Positions 42,104 through 55,546 of a stretch of 64,000 nt of DNA are shown here, piece after piece. Source of the stretch: the human T2T-CHM13v2.0 reference genome, Homo sapiens; the NCBI RefSeq assembly GCF_009914755.1, contig NC_060928.1; one strand, given 5' to 3'. A model generated the notes under the pieces. It saw only the letters and a program-made list of their open reading frames with translations, was not told the DNA's origin and did not search any database. The stretch's first letter is position 1, and every line of letters begins with the position of its first letter. The position numbers and the translations under genes are program-made.

Positions 42104-42447
42104 GACTATGCTTCTTCTATTGTTCAGCATTTAGCTGCCTTCATTATGCTCCTATTACATGTGTCCCATCATGTAAAACATAAGAATTTGCAACTGGCAA
42201 AGACATGGAAGAAGGAAGTTAATAGCAGCATGCTATAAAATAAAAGTCATCAAAAATAATAGAGAATAAAGTATGAAAAAAATATGATTTATTTAAAGAG
42301 AAAGTGGCAGTATCCTTTCATTTTATGCATTTCATGAAAAGATAAAACTAATATATGTAGTTTAGGAGGAGAATATTTACTTCTAGTTATTATGTAGCAG
42401 ATCTAAATAGACTAGATACACACATGTGTGTGTATTAAAAATGGTAT

Positions 42448-43246
42448 TGACATGGACAGGAGACAGGGAAATATTGGGTAGAAGAGGGCTATCCCTGGCA
42501 AGGGCCACACCCTCAAACCTGGACCTGTGACCTAAAGTGAAAACATGCATTCCTGTTTTCCTGCCCAAATGTTGCCTTTTTCAAAATCACCCTCACCTGC
42601 CCCACCCCCCATCCTGTACCCAAAAAAACCCCAGGCTCCACTGGAAGAGTGGCAGAGTGGCACAGCAGCAGAGAAGGAGAGAAGAACAGCCAGAAGTCAA
42701 AGAGAATCACCTTTACTACAGAGAAATGGCTTGATGGTGGGACCTCAGGAAGAGTTTGGCCAGGGAGAGCTGAACTCCAAGGGAAGACCACTTTTCCACT
42801 CCATCCCCTTTCCAGCTCCCCACCCCACTGAGAGCCACTTCCACCACTCAATAAAATCCTCCACATCCACCACCCTTCAATTCATGCACGTAACCTGATT
42901 CTTCCTGGACACCAGACAAGGACCCAGGTGCAGGTGCAAGAAATTGTCACACTGACCCTCCACAGAGCTGTTTAGCACTTAAGCCAACTATGGATGGCAA
43001 AGCTAAAAGAACACAGTGTAACACATGCCCTCTGAGACTCTGAGGGTCATGGGAAACCCCTAGATGCTTCCATGGGCCCACACAGAGTTCTGCTTCTGCT
43101 GGTTGCGCAGAAGCTCTTGTCCCGGCCTCTACACCCAATCACCTGAGTGGTCCCCTTCCCACAGGGGTTGAGAGCTGCAAGCTGAGTAAATGAGACAAAC
43201 CCCTTCACGAGTCCCACAAAAGGGTCAAGGGAACTATCCCATTTCA
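42448..43246 (+). mobile_element. MER50 ERV1 solo LTR
   Basis: TGACATGGACAGGAGACAGGGAAATATTGGGTAGAAGAGGG start, AATAAA at ~42850, ends ATCCCATTTCA; perfect 4-bp TSD GTAT. Confidence 0.88.
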
Positions 43247-43355
43247 GTATTTTACTTTTAAAATAAATTCAACTTCTTGTTACATTATTACAATAACTTA
43301 GCACTTATTTGCTAAGCGCATTACAACGTTAGTGTGTTAAGAATAAAAACTAATT

Positions 43356-43657
43356 GGCCGGGCGCAGTGGCTCACACCTGTAATCCCAGCACTTTGGGAG
43401 GCCAAGGGCAGATCACCTGAGGTCAGGAGTTTGAGACCAGCCTGGCCAACATGGCGAAACCTCTTCTGTACTAAAAACACAAAACTTAGCCAGGCACAGT
43501 GGCAGGTGCCTGTAATCCCAGCTACTTGGGAGGCTAAGGCAGGAGAATCACTTGAACCCAGGAGGCGGAGGTTTCAGTGAGCTGAGATCCCACCATTGCT
43601 CTTCAGCCTGGGCAACAGAGTGAGACTTCATCTCAAAAAAAAAAAAAAAAAAAAAAA
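43356..43657 (+). mobile_element. AluSx-like
   Basis: Full dimer with poly-A; TSD AAAACTAATT. Confidence 0.93.
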
Positions 43658-43954
43658 GAAAACTAATTGTGGGTTTTACCCTCTCAAATGGTTCCAAAGC
43701 TGCACAGATTATGAACCTATAGATTTGAACTGCATAGATTATCTATGCAGCTGATATATAAAAATCAATCATGTCCTCTAGTAGAATAGTAGAACAGACA
43801 TTTCCTTTTATGGAGGAATTTCTATTGTATTATTTTAAAAATAATTCAAGTATGATTAATTTTAATTCATAAATATGGAACAATCACTTAAATAGTCAAC
43901 AGGGAATTTCTGGTCCTCAGCTTGATTATTTTCACAATTATGTAAACAAAACAT

Positions 43955-44172
43955 TAAGGGCAGTGGGAAGCAGGAATAAAGTGGGGATGGTTAATGGGTA
44001 CAAAAAACAGTACGAAGGAATTAGATCTAGTGTTCTGTAGCACAAACATAATTTATTGTAGATTTCAAAATAACTAAAACAGTGGAGTTGGAATGTTCCT
44101 AACACAAGGAAATTATAAATGCTTGAGGTGATGAATGCCCTCAGTTATCTCAATTTGATCATTACAAAATGT
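43955..44172 (+). mobile_element. L1MA 3'UTR fragment
   Basis: GGGGATGGTTAATGGGTACAAAAA..AAATGCTTGAGGTGATGAA..TTTGATCATTACA. Confidence 0.8.
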
Positions 44173-45099
44173 TATCTCATTTTCCACCAACTCAAGCTTC
44201 CTCGGTGTGCTCCCTCCACTTCTGTACATCCTTTCCTGTATCCAAATGATTTACACAGACTTCCCCCCATGCTCTCACTGTTTCCTGGAAATAACTTTAT
44301 TATTAAATAGATCTCACCATTGTCATCCTTTATTTGTGTTCCTCCACACTTTGAGATGACTTATGGTCATTATCATATCCTCTGGTGTCCAGCACACTCT
44401 GACACACAGCTAGTAAGCCACCAATAAATAAATGGTTGCAGCTTTTTAAAAATCAGTGAAATACAGACAGAAATACAGCAAGAGCTTCAGAGGGGGCAGC
44501 CACCTGACATAACACTGGGTGAGTTTCCTGCAATGAGTGGATGATATTAAGCAGTAGTAAATCAATAACTGCATGAAAACAACCAGCCTTCAATAGGCTC
44601 TTCTGTAATAATATTGTCTACCAGGTGTGTACACAGATTTTGTGACTGCTGAAGCTTATATAATGGGGGAGTGGACTCTTTAAGAATAATCATCCACAAT
44701 TATGAATAGGAGAACCCCAAGGCCTTCCCAGGAAGGGTTCCTGCAAGGGTCCCTAAAGCCTAAGCTTTGTAATTTCATATAATCTGCTCCAGGTATGGGT
44801 CAGGTTTCCAAAGAGGGTGGGTGTTTTGCTATAGTTGTACTAGAAACAGTTTACTTCCAGTGGAATGTATGATCCTAACTGGAGAGATTTGAAGGCAAAT
44901 ATGAATAAGCAAGACAAACAGAAAGGAAATAATCTGAAGAAAGCTTCAATTCTTAAATATAGTAGTGAATGGAAAGAAAAGGATCTGAAAGGAAGCTTAA
45001 TGTAGCTTGAGAAAAAAATTTCCTACTCATTATCTGTGTAACCTGAGGCAATTTAATTAACCTCTCCCGGCCTTTATTAACACAATTACGATGTCAAAT

Positions 45100-45305
45100 A
45101 ACACATAGCATTTTCTGTGCCAAGTACTATTCTAATCACATTCTAACATACAGTAATACATGTAACTTCCACAGAATAATTACACTATTTTACCCCCATT
45201 TTACAACCGAAGAAACTGAGGCATGTGGACTTAAGTCATTTGCTGATATGTACACCCAGTAAGTGTCAGAATCCAGATTCAAACCCAGGTTTCTTCTCCA
45301 GAGCC
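45100..45305 (-). repeat. MIR
   Basis: CCCCATTTTACAACCGAAGAAACTGAGGCA..GATTCAAACCCAGG. Confidence 0.8.
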
Positions 45306-45394
45306 CGCTTCCCCACACACACAACCACCTTCATCCGTAAAATCGGGGGAGAGCTAAGATGAGTTACAGTCATGGGCAATGTTAACTTTGTGCA

Positions 45395-45880
45395 TTCTAG
45401 TTTCTCCCTCAGGTGTGGATCCCTAGGAACAGAGTCAGAAACAATGATTCAGGAGCACATGGTTTATTAAGTGCACTTTCTTCAGGGAAAATCTGTGAGA
45501 CGGTGAGGAAGGTCAGCTGGATGAAGGGATAGAGCAAAGGTGCGGGCTCAGGTCCCAGGCTAAGTGTAGCCTTCCCCTGAACCATAGGCAGCTCTGGACC
45601 ACAGATTATCCTCACAGAATTAACTGCCCCTCCCAACCCACCTCTGCGCCTCTGGGCAAGGGAGAAAGGCTTGCTTTCCTGTATTTTTTTTTTTTTAAAC
45701 AGCCTCATCAGAACATCATAGGCTTAGGTTGGCTACCTGGTCCAGGAGCAATAGAAGAGCAGAGTCTGCAATCTCCCAGCACAAGTCTCTTGAGAATGTG
45801 GGCAGTGAATTTTTACTACCCAACGCTCATGGCACCTGGAAGAAGGGGATCTGGGTGGATTCTCATGGCCTCTAAAACAG
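45395..45880 (-). mobile_element. Old ERVL-type LTR (LTR16/LTR33-like)
   Basis: GGATCCCTAGGAACAGAGTCAGAAAC..GGTTTATT (antisense AATAAA); GC-richer block. Confidence 0.45.
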
Positions 45881-45909
45881 TTCTTAATGCATGATGGTTA
45901 CTCAATAAA

Positions 45910-46279
45910 CAGTCATGTGCCGCAGAGCAACATCTTGATAAACAGACCTCATGTATGTTGGTGTTTCAAAAGACTATAAAGAAGCTGCCCTATACAGGTC
46001 TACTATTTTTATCTTTTATATAGTACCTTTACTGTATCTTTTCTATATTTAGATACACCAATACTTATCATCTTGTTCAAATTTTCTGCAGTATTCAGCT
46101 CAGTAACATGCTATAGAGGATTGTAGCCTAGCAGAAACAGGCTGTACCATATAGTCCAGGTGTGTGGCAGGCTGTACTGTCTAGGTTTGTCTAAGTACAC
46201 ACTATGAAGTTCCCACAACAAAACTGCCAAATGACGCATTTCTCATAACTCATCCCCATTGTTAAGTGACATGTGACCG
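45910..46279. mobile_element. Tigger3a/MER7-like MITE
   Basis: TIR-like ends CAGTCATGTGCCGC...GTGACATGTGACCG; internal TAGGTTTGTCTAAGTACAC and AATGACGCATTTCTCA. Confidence 0.85.
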
Positions 46280-47965
46280 TATTGGTATCATTTATTGGTC
46301 ATATTTGTTAGAGAGTAAAAGGAGAAGCAAAATCCTATGTTTTCAGTTTTGGCTGAATATGTTACAATGTCGAATAAACACAAAGATTAATCAAATTGAA
46401 GATTTTAGCCAATATTGAGTGGAGAGGGCTATGCATGATATGTTCCCAAAGATATTAAGATGTACAAATTACAGTGGGTATTCTGGTTGCCTAAACATAG
46501 GATGGATACTAATGATCTTAATGCATAGATTTTGGAGTTTGTTAGTTTATTCTCTACCAGTTCACTGCATTTAAATAAGGTGATAAAAGCACTATGGCTT
46601 TCATATAAAACATCCTAGATATGCTTTAGTTACAACACAAAAAAATCAGTAGGTGATTTAGGTTCGTAAACTAGGAAAGAAGGAAGAGATAATAGTTTAC
46701 CAAATATCTGTCCACCAATCAGTCAAAAAAGTAAATTGGACAGAGCTTTGAGTCTCCTAAAGAATAGATGGTCATAGGCATTTTTTTAGAGTGACATAAA
46801 TACTTCTGACTAAAGAGTAAGACTCCTCCAAGCTCTGTTGAAGCTGATATATTCTCTAGTGCATCCACGAGATGTAGCTATTATACATAAAAGAGTAGGT
46901 ACAGGGTAAGACGTATTTTTATGTCTCTACCTAGGACAAAGAGTCAAGGGAAATCAAACTGATGAATAGTTAGTGGATATAGAAAAGACTCAAAGGCAAT
47001 GCTTAGATGTGGTAGCTCCATCTAACAGAGTGCTGGTATTTGCGGCTTGCCATTTGAGAGGCCAGTGGGTGGCCCTGGACAGCAGTTGATAGGAAAGGTA
47101 GAGAGAATATTGCCCACTGCTCTCATGATAACAGCCCAGGTTTTCTGATGCACAAGACCATAATCCAATAACTACAGTACTTGAAACCACAGGAAAATTG
47201 CAAGCTATCAGCTCTGACCAAAAGAGTATAAAAACAAATTAATCAGATCTTTCTAGTTGAAATTCAGGTCAGGGGTAAACTTTTTTTTTATGTGCTGAAT
47301 TCATAAAATATCCATTTTTATGTTATTTCACTTCTTAAAAGCATACTAATTGATAACTCACTGATTGCAATTTTTATAACTTAAACACCTCATGCATTCA
47401 AAATGGGCACAGACTCAGTGAAATTACTCACTCCCACTCAATAAAAAATTCTGTCAAAGTTTCTGAATATTTTACAACAGAATTAAAATAAAAATCCAGA
47501 ACACAACTCACCCTTCACATTTTAGAATTAACCTAATTAGTACCAGGGGGAGCACCTTACTTTTTTGACTGATTGGCGAACAGATATTTGGTGAACTATT
47601 ATCTCTTCCTTCCTAGGACCAGGGGGAACACCCTAGAAGTCAAACCACTTTCAATGTTTTGTTTTTAGAAATTGATTTATGTCTGTATGAGACCAGAATA
47701 TTAGTTAATTGAAAAAGAATAAATAAATTACATTTAATAGGGAATCTTCCTTTTTAATATTTTTTTAACCTACTGGAATAAAGATTATGTCCAGACATTT
47801 TCAGGAGATTCCACAATAAATTCAAAATATTCGGTTTTTTATGTATCACAAAATCCATCTCCCTGTTGAATATTATCAATAATTAAAGATTCAATTGAAT
47901 TCTGAGAAGTTAAAAAAATAACAAATGCCGACGTATACATAATAGTTGATCTTAGGTGAATGCAT

Positions 47966-48355
47966 TGCTAAGAGGAAATTAGCAAATTTATTGGACAAAT
48001 TAAAGTTAACAGTTTAATTGAGCAAAGAATGATTTGCTAATCAGGCAGCCCCTGAACCAGAATAGGGTCAGAGGCTCTAGTGCTACCATATAGCAGAAGA
48101 AAATTTAGGACAGAAAAACGGAAGTGACATACAGAAAATAGAAGTGAAGTTCAGAAAGAGCCAGACTGACTACAGCCTGGCATTTGCCGTATTTAAAGAT
48201 GGCTTTAACACTTGGCCACCTTTGGCTAAAACTCGATGATTGGCACAAGGCTATGTACAGCCTGTTTACACATCCGGTTACATTAGAGTTCACTATATAC
48301 AGAGAAACCTTTAAAATATGCAAAGAGGCAGCTTTAGACCAAACTTAATGTAGCA
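47966..48355 (-). mobile_element. MER57-like ERV1 solo LTR
   Basis: Reverse complement begins TGCTACATTAAGTTTGGTCTAAAGCTGCCTC..AAAGGTTTCTCTGTATATAGTGAAC. Confidence 0.78.
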
Positions 48356-48663
48356 CATCTGAATAAATACATGTGGTTTGGTAAACCACTAGAGCTCTCA
48401 TTTTATGTCCTTGCAACTCAAGAGACCATGTAGCTTTCAAATGTTAATATTCCTCAGTGTTGACTAAGGGAATCTTAACTCTGTGCATTCAGAACCTGTA
48501 ATACTCTTTGAACATTTGCTATGTGTTTCGCCTTTTGGCAGGTGTGGGATATTAAAAAAAAAAATCCAGGCACTTGAAATAAGAAATCTATAAATGTATT
48601 GGAGAGAGAAACACATAGCGTTAACAAAAGACCATGAGATCTGCAGAAGAAAAAGGGAAAGAT

Positions 48664-48974
<311 letters not shown>

Positions 48975-49136
48975 AGAGAGCTTTATTTTCTATAAGCAAT
49001 CTTCAGACTAGGGAGACAAAGCCTTCTGCACAAGCCAAAAATGTGCTCCAAGGAGGGGTTAGGGAGAGTTAGGGATTAGAAAGGCAAAAACTGTAGGGCA
49101 GGGCGGGGAATCAGAGGAGAGAGGAAGAGAGTTTTT

Positions 49137-49420
49137 TTGTGGGTTTTCTTGTTGTTGTTGTTTGTTTGTTTGTTTTTGAGGCAGGGTCTTGCTCTGTCAC
49201 CCAGGCTGGAGTGCAGTGGCACAATCACAGCTCACTGTAGCCTCGACCTCTTGGGCTCAAGCGATCCTCCCTCTTCATTTTTTTTTTTTTTTTTTTTTTG
49301 GAGAGATGAGATTTCACTATGTTACCCAGGCTGGTCTCCAGCCCCTGGGCTCAAGCAATTCTCCCACCTTGAACTCCCAAAGTGCTTGATAATAAGCATG
49401 AGCCACTGTGCCTCTGGTCC
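49137..49420 (-). mobile_element. AluJ with an internal deletion next to an expanded middle T-tract
   Basis: The right arm stops at GATCCTCCCTCTTCA, then a long T run, then the left arm. Confidence 0.88.
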
Positions 49421-50678
49421 ACAGTCTTGATTAGATTATCTTTAAGCCTTTAAGCCCCAAATCGCCAGTCTCTTTTAATTGGCTGGTTTCAGGTAGTTGG
49501 TGGGTTGGCACAAGGCTGCCCATTGATGGTCAGTAGGGGCATTTCCCGCTGCAGTCTATTTCAGCACTGACAACAGGAACTGATTTGGCTTGGTTGTATA
49601 AAGGGAGGTGCTGTGACACTTTTAGAACATCTTTTTGAGAATGTAGAGTACTTGACTGCTCCCTCATCCAGTCATGGCTGCCTGATCCAGTTTAACTTCG
49701 AGCACCTCAGCTAGCCACGGGGAGTCCATTTTTTTCTGTTGGCTGGGGTCACACTTTAACAATGAAATTATGCAGCAGCTTAAAACAAACGATAAAGTGT
49801 GTCACAAAAAGAAATACCCTGTAAATTAAGATGATGTGGGGAAAAACGAAGGAATGGTCAAGATGATTTCTTGAAATAAGTAAAATTTAAGGTAGGACTG
49901 AAGGATTAATTCTTAGTAAGAGTAACTGTTGACTGTTGATGTAATCATTTAAGGGAGATGGGACCAACAAGGTCAAAATTCCCACTGATTAATTTCAGAA
50001 CAAAATGAGTTTCAGTAACAAAAATTTCAAAAGCAAGATTAAAAAAAAAAAGCCAAAAGAGCAATTATATTTGTAATGAAGTAGTGTTCAATACAAATTG
50101 AGAATTTATAAAAACTTAGATTAATTTTTCGTAAAACAAAAACCCTATTTATTGACAAATAATGTTAAATAATTTCCTTTTTAAGAAATGCTTTCTATGA
50201 TATTACACATTATATGTATCAGAGATCATGCCTCACTCTCCTACAATTAAATCAATAAGTCCTAAGATTTCTCTACATTCCACACTATGTGGCAGATGGT
50301 TATTGCTTGACATATATCTGTTAAGTAGATAACTTAATGAACAATACAGTACAATTTTGGTTTACAGATCAAAGTCTCCTTTTTCTAAGACTACCCACCG
50401 AGTAAATCCTGCATTGATGTTCTGTTACTTGAATCATACGGCAATTATATGGGAAGCGTACTAACATATTTTCTTTGCCTAATTTGAAGAATAAATGACT
50501 TTTCAAAAGTGCATAAATAAAAATGTGATACATTTGTGTGCAAATGCATATATACACATATAAGTATATATAAAACTATCAAGTCTCCATGATCACTGCA
50601 CTACGATCAAGTTCTTCAGAGAAGCGGAACCAACAGGATGCCTGCCAAAAAACACACAGACACACTATATATATTATA

Positions 50679-50680
<2 letters not shown>

Positions 50681-50725
<45 letters not shown>
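50681..50725. repeat. (TA)n microsatellite inside the MLT2 LTR
   Basis: Seen directly, more than 20 perfect TA units. Confidence 0.97.
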
Positions 50726-50732
<7 letters not shown>

Positions 50733-51562
50733 GAATTGGCTCGTGTGATAAGGGAGGCTGAGAAATATCATGGTCTATGATACGCTGCCTGCAAGCTAAA
50801 GACCCAGGAAAGCCAGTGCTGCATTCCAGCTCAAATCAGAAGGCCTGAGGACCAGGGGAACCAATAGTGCAAATCCCAATTCAAGGGAAAGAGAAGACCA
50901 ATTTTGTAGGTTAAGCAACAGGCGGGAAGAAAATGTCATGAATTCATCCTTCATCCTTTCTCTGCCTTTTCTTCTATCCAGGCCCTCAGTGAATTGGATG
51001 AGGCCACCCGCAATGGAGACCGCGATATGCTTTACTGAGTCCACCAATTGAAATGCTAGTCTCATCCAGAAACACCCTCACAGACATGGCAAGAAATAAT
51101 GTTTAACGTGGGCACCCTCTGGCACAGTGAAATTGACAGATAAACGTCACAAATCCAGCCCTTGTCAACTTGGCAACAATAAATATCTCCTTAAATTATA
51201 CTTAATCTTCACATGAAGACAATAAACAGGTCATAATTTCTCCTAATACTTTGTTCCATGTACAACAGAAAATGCACTGTCTTCTCCAGAAGATGTTATG
51301 AAGCACTTGAGTGATGTTTACTGCTCTCCTTTATATTCTGTACTTAATTTCTGTGATGTAAAATCAACAGTATTTAAATACTGATGTAAAGCCAATATAC
51401 CTAATACTGGATGATAACATAAGTAAAGGAATAAGAGAGAAAACACACACACACACACAAACACCCACACACACACACAAAACCATTTCCAGAAAATAAG
51501 GAAGTACTCATGACAATTACAGATCATTCACCCCATCCATCACAGTAACTCCCTTGTTTGAT

Positions 51563-51660
51563 GCAGAGGTTGCAGTGAGCCAAGATCACGCCACGGCACT
51601 CCAGCCTGGATGACAGAGCGAGACTCCATCTCACAAACAAACAAACAAACAAAAACAACA
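51563..51660 (+). mobile_element. Heavily 5'-truncated Alu (3' end only) with (CAAA)n tail
   Basis: GCAGAGGTTGCAGTGAGCCAAGATC..GACTCCATCTC; TSD CTCCCTTGTTTG on both sides. Confidence 0.9.
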
Positions 51661-53366
51661 CCTCCCTTGTTTGCCTGTTGATTCAGAGGCATGAGGAGCC
51701 CATATGGTTGGGAGATAATCTTAACTTCTAGTTTAATAGAATCACTGCTCTGTCTCTTGATGGAAATATTTCTTTCTCTAGAAACAAGACCTCTAGGCCA
51801 GCAGACCATAATAGCATGGGAACAGGAAGCAAAAATTTTGTTCATGGGTACTAGAGATAATTCTGGGTAGAACCACTCCCATTTGCACTCCCTGGTTTCT
51901 GGACAAATGAATCTTGGCTATGGGAGAAATAGTAACATATAACGGATACTAATTCAGAGCGTATGAAGCCTTCTGGAGAACTTCCACCAGCCCTGCAAAG
52001 TATTGTCACCTAGCTGGCACTGTAACTGAATCTTCAAAAGGCCATTGCACTGTTCTATCAGGTTGGTAAAGAATATGGTAAGGCCAGTGAACTCTGTGAG
52101 CATGGCTTCATTGATACTCTTTTGCTGTGTTGTGAGTTCTCTGGCAGAAGCAATATTGGATGGAGTACTCTGATTTTGCAGGAGGCATTCTGCAAGTCCA
52201 CAGATAGTAGTTTCAACAGAGGCAATGCATTCAGGGAAGGCAAATCTGCATCCAGAGTAAGTGTTTATGCCAGTAAGGACAAAGCATTGCACATTCCATG
52301 ACGGAAGAAGCTCATTGTATCCAACCTGCCTCCAGGGAGCTGGCTGATTGCCCCTGGGAGTAATGCCTTTTCAGGGGCTCAGTGTTTGTCTCTGCTGCTG
52401 GAAGACTGGACACTCAGTAGCAGCTTTAGCCAGGTCAGCTTTGGAGAGTGGAAGACCGTGTTGCTGAGCCCATGTAAAAACCTTAATCCCTGCCACAGTG
52501 GCCACACTGTTCATCAGCTCACCGTGCAATGCCTGGGTGGCTATGGAAGGAGGCTGGCTGGTATCCCCAGAACTGGGCATCCTAGTCACTTTATTGTTAA
52601 AAATCCACCTCTGCTAAGGTCACTGCATGGGACACAAATATCTATGTGTTTTCCGTCTAGTCAGTTTTTTTGTCCATCCACATGTCTCTCCCCCAAATTT
52701 CCTTGTCAACAATTTTCTGATCATGTTCCTTCCAAGTCTCTGACTATCCAGCCAAATGATTGGCCTCAGGCCACCAGTTGGTAATTATCCACATTTGGCC
52801 ATTTCTCCTTCCAAGTAAAGTGAACACTCAGCTGCGCTCCTTGTATTTTTGCATACAGGGAGTATTTCCCTTTATCCATGTTATTTAGGGATGTCCCAGC
52901 AAGGGGCTGTGGTGTTGCAGCTGTCCACTTTCGGCTGGGGAACTGCATATAACGCAGTGCCATCTGGAAGCCAGTCCCAAGTCTTTTCTTTCTCTGTAAA
53001 CTGATCATAGGGAGGTCCCCAGGAGGCCGTGGGTGCAGGCTGGGAGAGAGAAAGCAGTGAAGCAGGGGAAAAGGAGCTATGGGCATTTGGACCACTTCTT
53101 TATGTAATTTCTTTGAGTTTCTAAGGCCTGCTTGGACCCAATCACATACATACCACTTTCACTTAATAGCAGAGTGCTGCTGTGCATACCTAACTTTATG
53201 GCTCAATGTTGCCAGATAATATCCAGTTGATAATGAATAATTTTGTGGTCCATGGTTAAGTACCAATCTCTACTAAGACTCAGAAGCGGGTCAAGAGACA
53301 TTTCTCAATAGGAGAGTAGTTATCAGCATGGCTTTACTAAAATATCCTAATCTTAAAATCTGTTTT

Positions 53367-53612
53367 GTGGTATGATCACAGCTCACTGCAACCTCGAAAC
53401 TTCTGGGCTTTAGTCATCCTCTCACCTCAGCCTCCCAAGTAACAAGGGCTACAGGTGCACGCCACCATGCCCAGCTAATTTTGTAAATCTTTTGTAGATA
53501 CGAGGTCTTCCTATTTTGCTCAGGCTAGTCTCACACTCGTGGCTTCCAGTGATCTTCCACTCCTGGCCTCCCAAGTCTCTGGGATTAGCAGTATAAGCCA
53601 CCACACCCAGCC
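53367..53612 (-). mobile_element. AluJ lacking its 3' end and tail
   Basis: Starts abruptly at GTGGTATGATCACAGCTCACTGCAACC with no poly-T; ends CCACCACACCCAGCC. Confidence 0.88.
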
Positions 53613-54143
53613 TCTGTGTCAGTACTTTTTCTAATTCCACAATCTGTAACATTAAATGCAGAATCTCTACTTATTGAGCCTCCTTTCAATAAATCAGCCT
53701 GATTCAACTCTGTTCTCCTTCCACCATGATCCTACACCCTTCGTGTTGGTTCCCAAACATGTTTCCTGGATTTCTGTCTGTATAAACTAGAAAACTCAAG
53801 CAATTCTTTTGTAGTGTAACACACCTCTTTATGTGTCACACATTGTATCTCATCTTAAGAGGCCTGCTGAGACTTGAGTCTAGTTATAGATCGACATGCA
53901 AAAAGGAGTGGTTGGAGTGGGACCTGAAGAGAATCAGTGTTGTCTTGCACAGCAACTTCCTTAGGCAATGCAGGGTTAATCCCTCAGATGAAAACAGAAT
54001 GTCTGATACCACTCTGGATGTAAAAGCTGGTATCACTGGAGGTAGGGAGGCCTGGCAAAGAAGACTCATTAGAATTTAAGGGTTCAACAGTTCCCAACTT
54101 TATCAAGGTCTTCCCACATTTCCTTAGTCCAATTGTCAAGGTC

Positions 54144-54180
54144 GTGTGTGTGTGTGTGTGTATGTGTGTGTGTGTTTGTG
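54144..54180. repeat. (TG)n microsatellite within ERV-L gag
   Basis: Seen directly. Confidence 0.95.
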
Positions 54181-55242
54181 TTTTCCTAATCAACATAAAG
54201 TATGCTCACTTTAACAGTAGGCACCCTCCAAAGCTAGAAATTCAACTTGCATTTTAATTCAGCCAATCACAGATGAAATTTGGTGTTTAATTTTCAGCAA
54301 TTTGAGTCTTGTGCTACAGAAAATAAAGGTCTCTTTCAGGACACACATAGAAGAGCTTAGGTTATTTATATGGTGGGAAATCACACCGGTTATTTAAGCA
54401 GGGAAATCAAATCCCTGAGTTGATCCTTTTCTGGCACTATTCTGTCCAGGGACATTAATAGCAACCAGCCAATGTTATTACATTCATTAATTTTCCAGAA
54501 ATGTTAAAGATGTCATATACAGAGGCAGTCAACTCCTTATTTCATATAAGCGTTTGAGTAGGAGTAACATATGTAGATATTTTGTGTGTCTCTATCTTGA
54601 AATCTAATCAGATTAAAGAAAGCATTTCAGAAACCCAGGAACAAATTCAGAAAACTCATCTTTGAACTTCTATTCTTCTAAAACCACTCTCAGTGCCAAA
54701 ATCTGCATTAGTCAGTATTCTCCACAAAAACAGAGCCAATAGGATATCTATAAATCCATATATCTAGATATATTTTTATATGTGTAATATTTACACAGAG
54801 GGAGACAGAGAGAGTGAGATTGAGAGAGAGATGATGAGAAATTGACCCACGTGATTATGGAGGCTGAGACGTCCCACCATTTACTGTCTTCAAACTGGAG
54901 AATCAGGAAAGCCAATGGCATAATTCCAGTCTGAGTCTGAGCACTTGAAAACTAGGGGAGATGACAGTGTAAATCCCAGTCCAGGGGAAAGGCTATCATT
55001 TCACCTTAAGCAGGAAGGCAGAAGAAAAAGGGGCAAGTTTGCCCTTCCTATGTCTTTTGATCTATTCAGGCTTTCAACATGCCGGCTGACACCCACCCAT
55101 ATTGAGGAGGGCTATCTACTTTAGTGAGTTCACCAATTCAAACGATGAATTCATTTGAAAACACTCTCACAGACACCGGAAAATAATGTTTAATCTGGGC
55201 ACCCTGGCATGCAGTCAAGTTGACACATAAAATCAGCTATCA

Positions 55243-55546
<304 letters not shown>

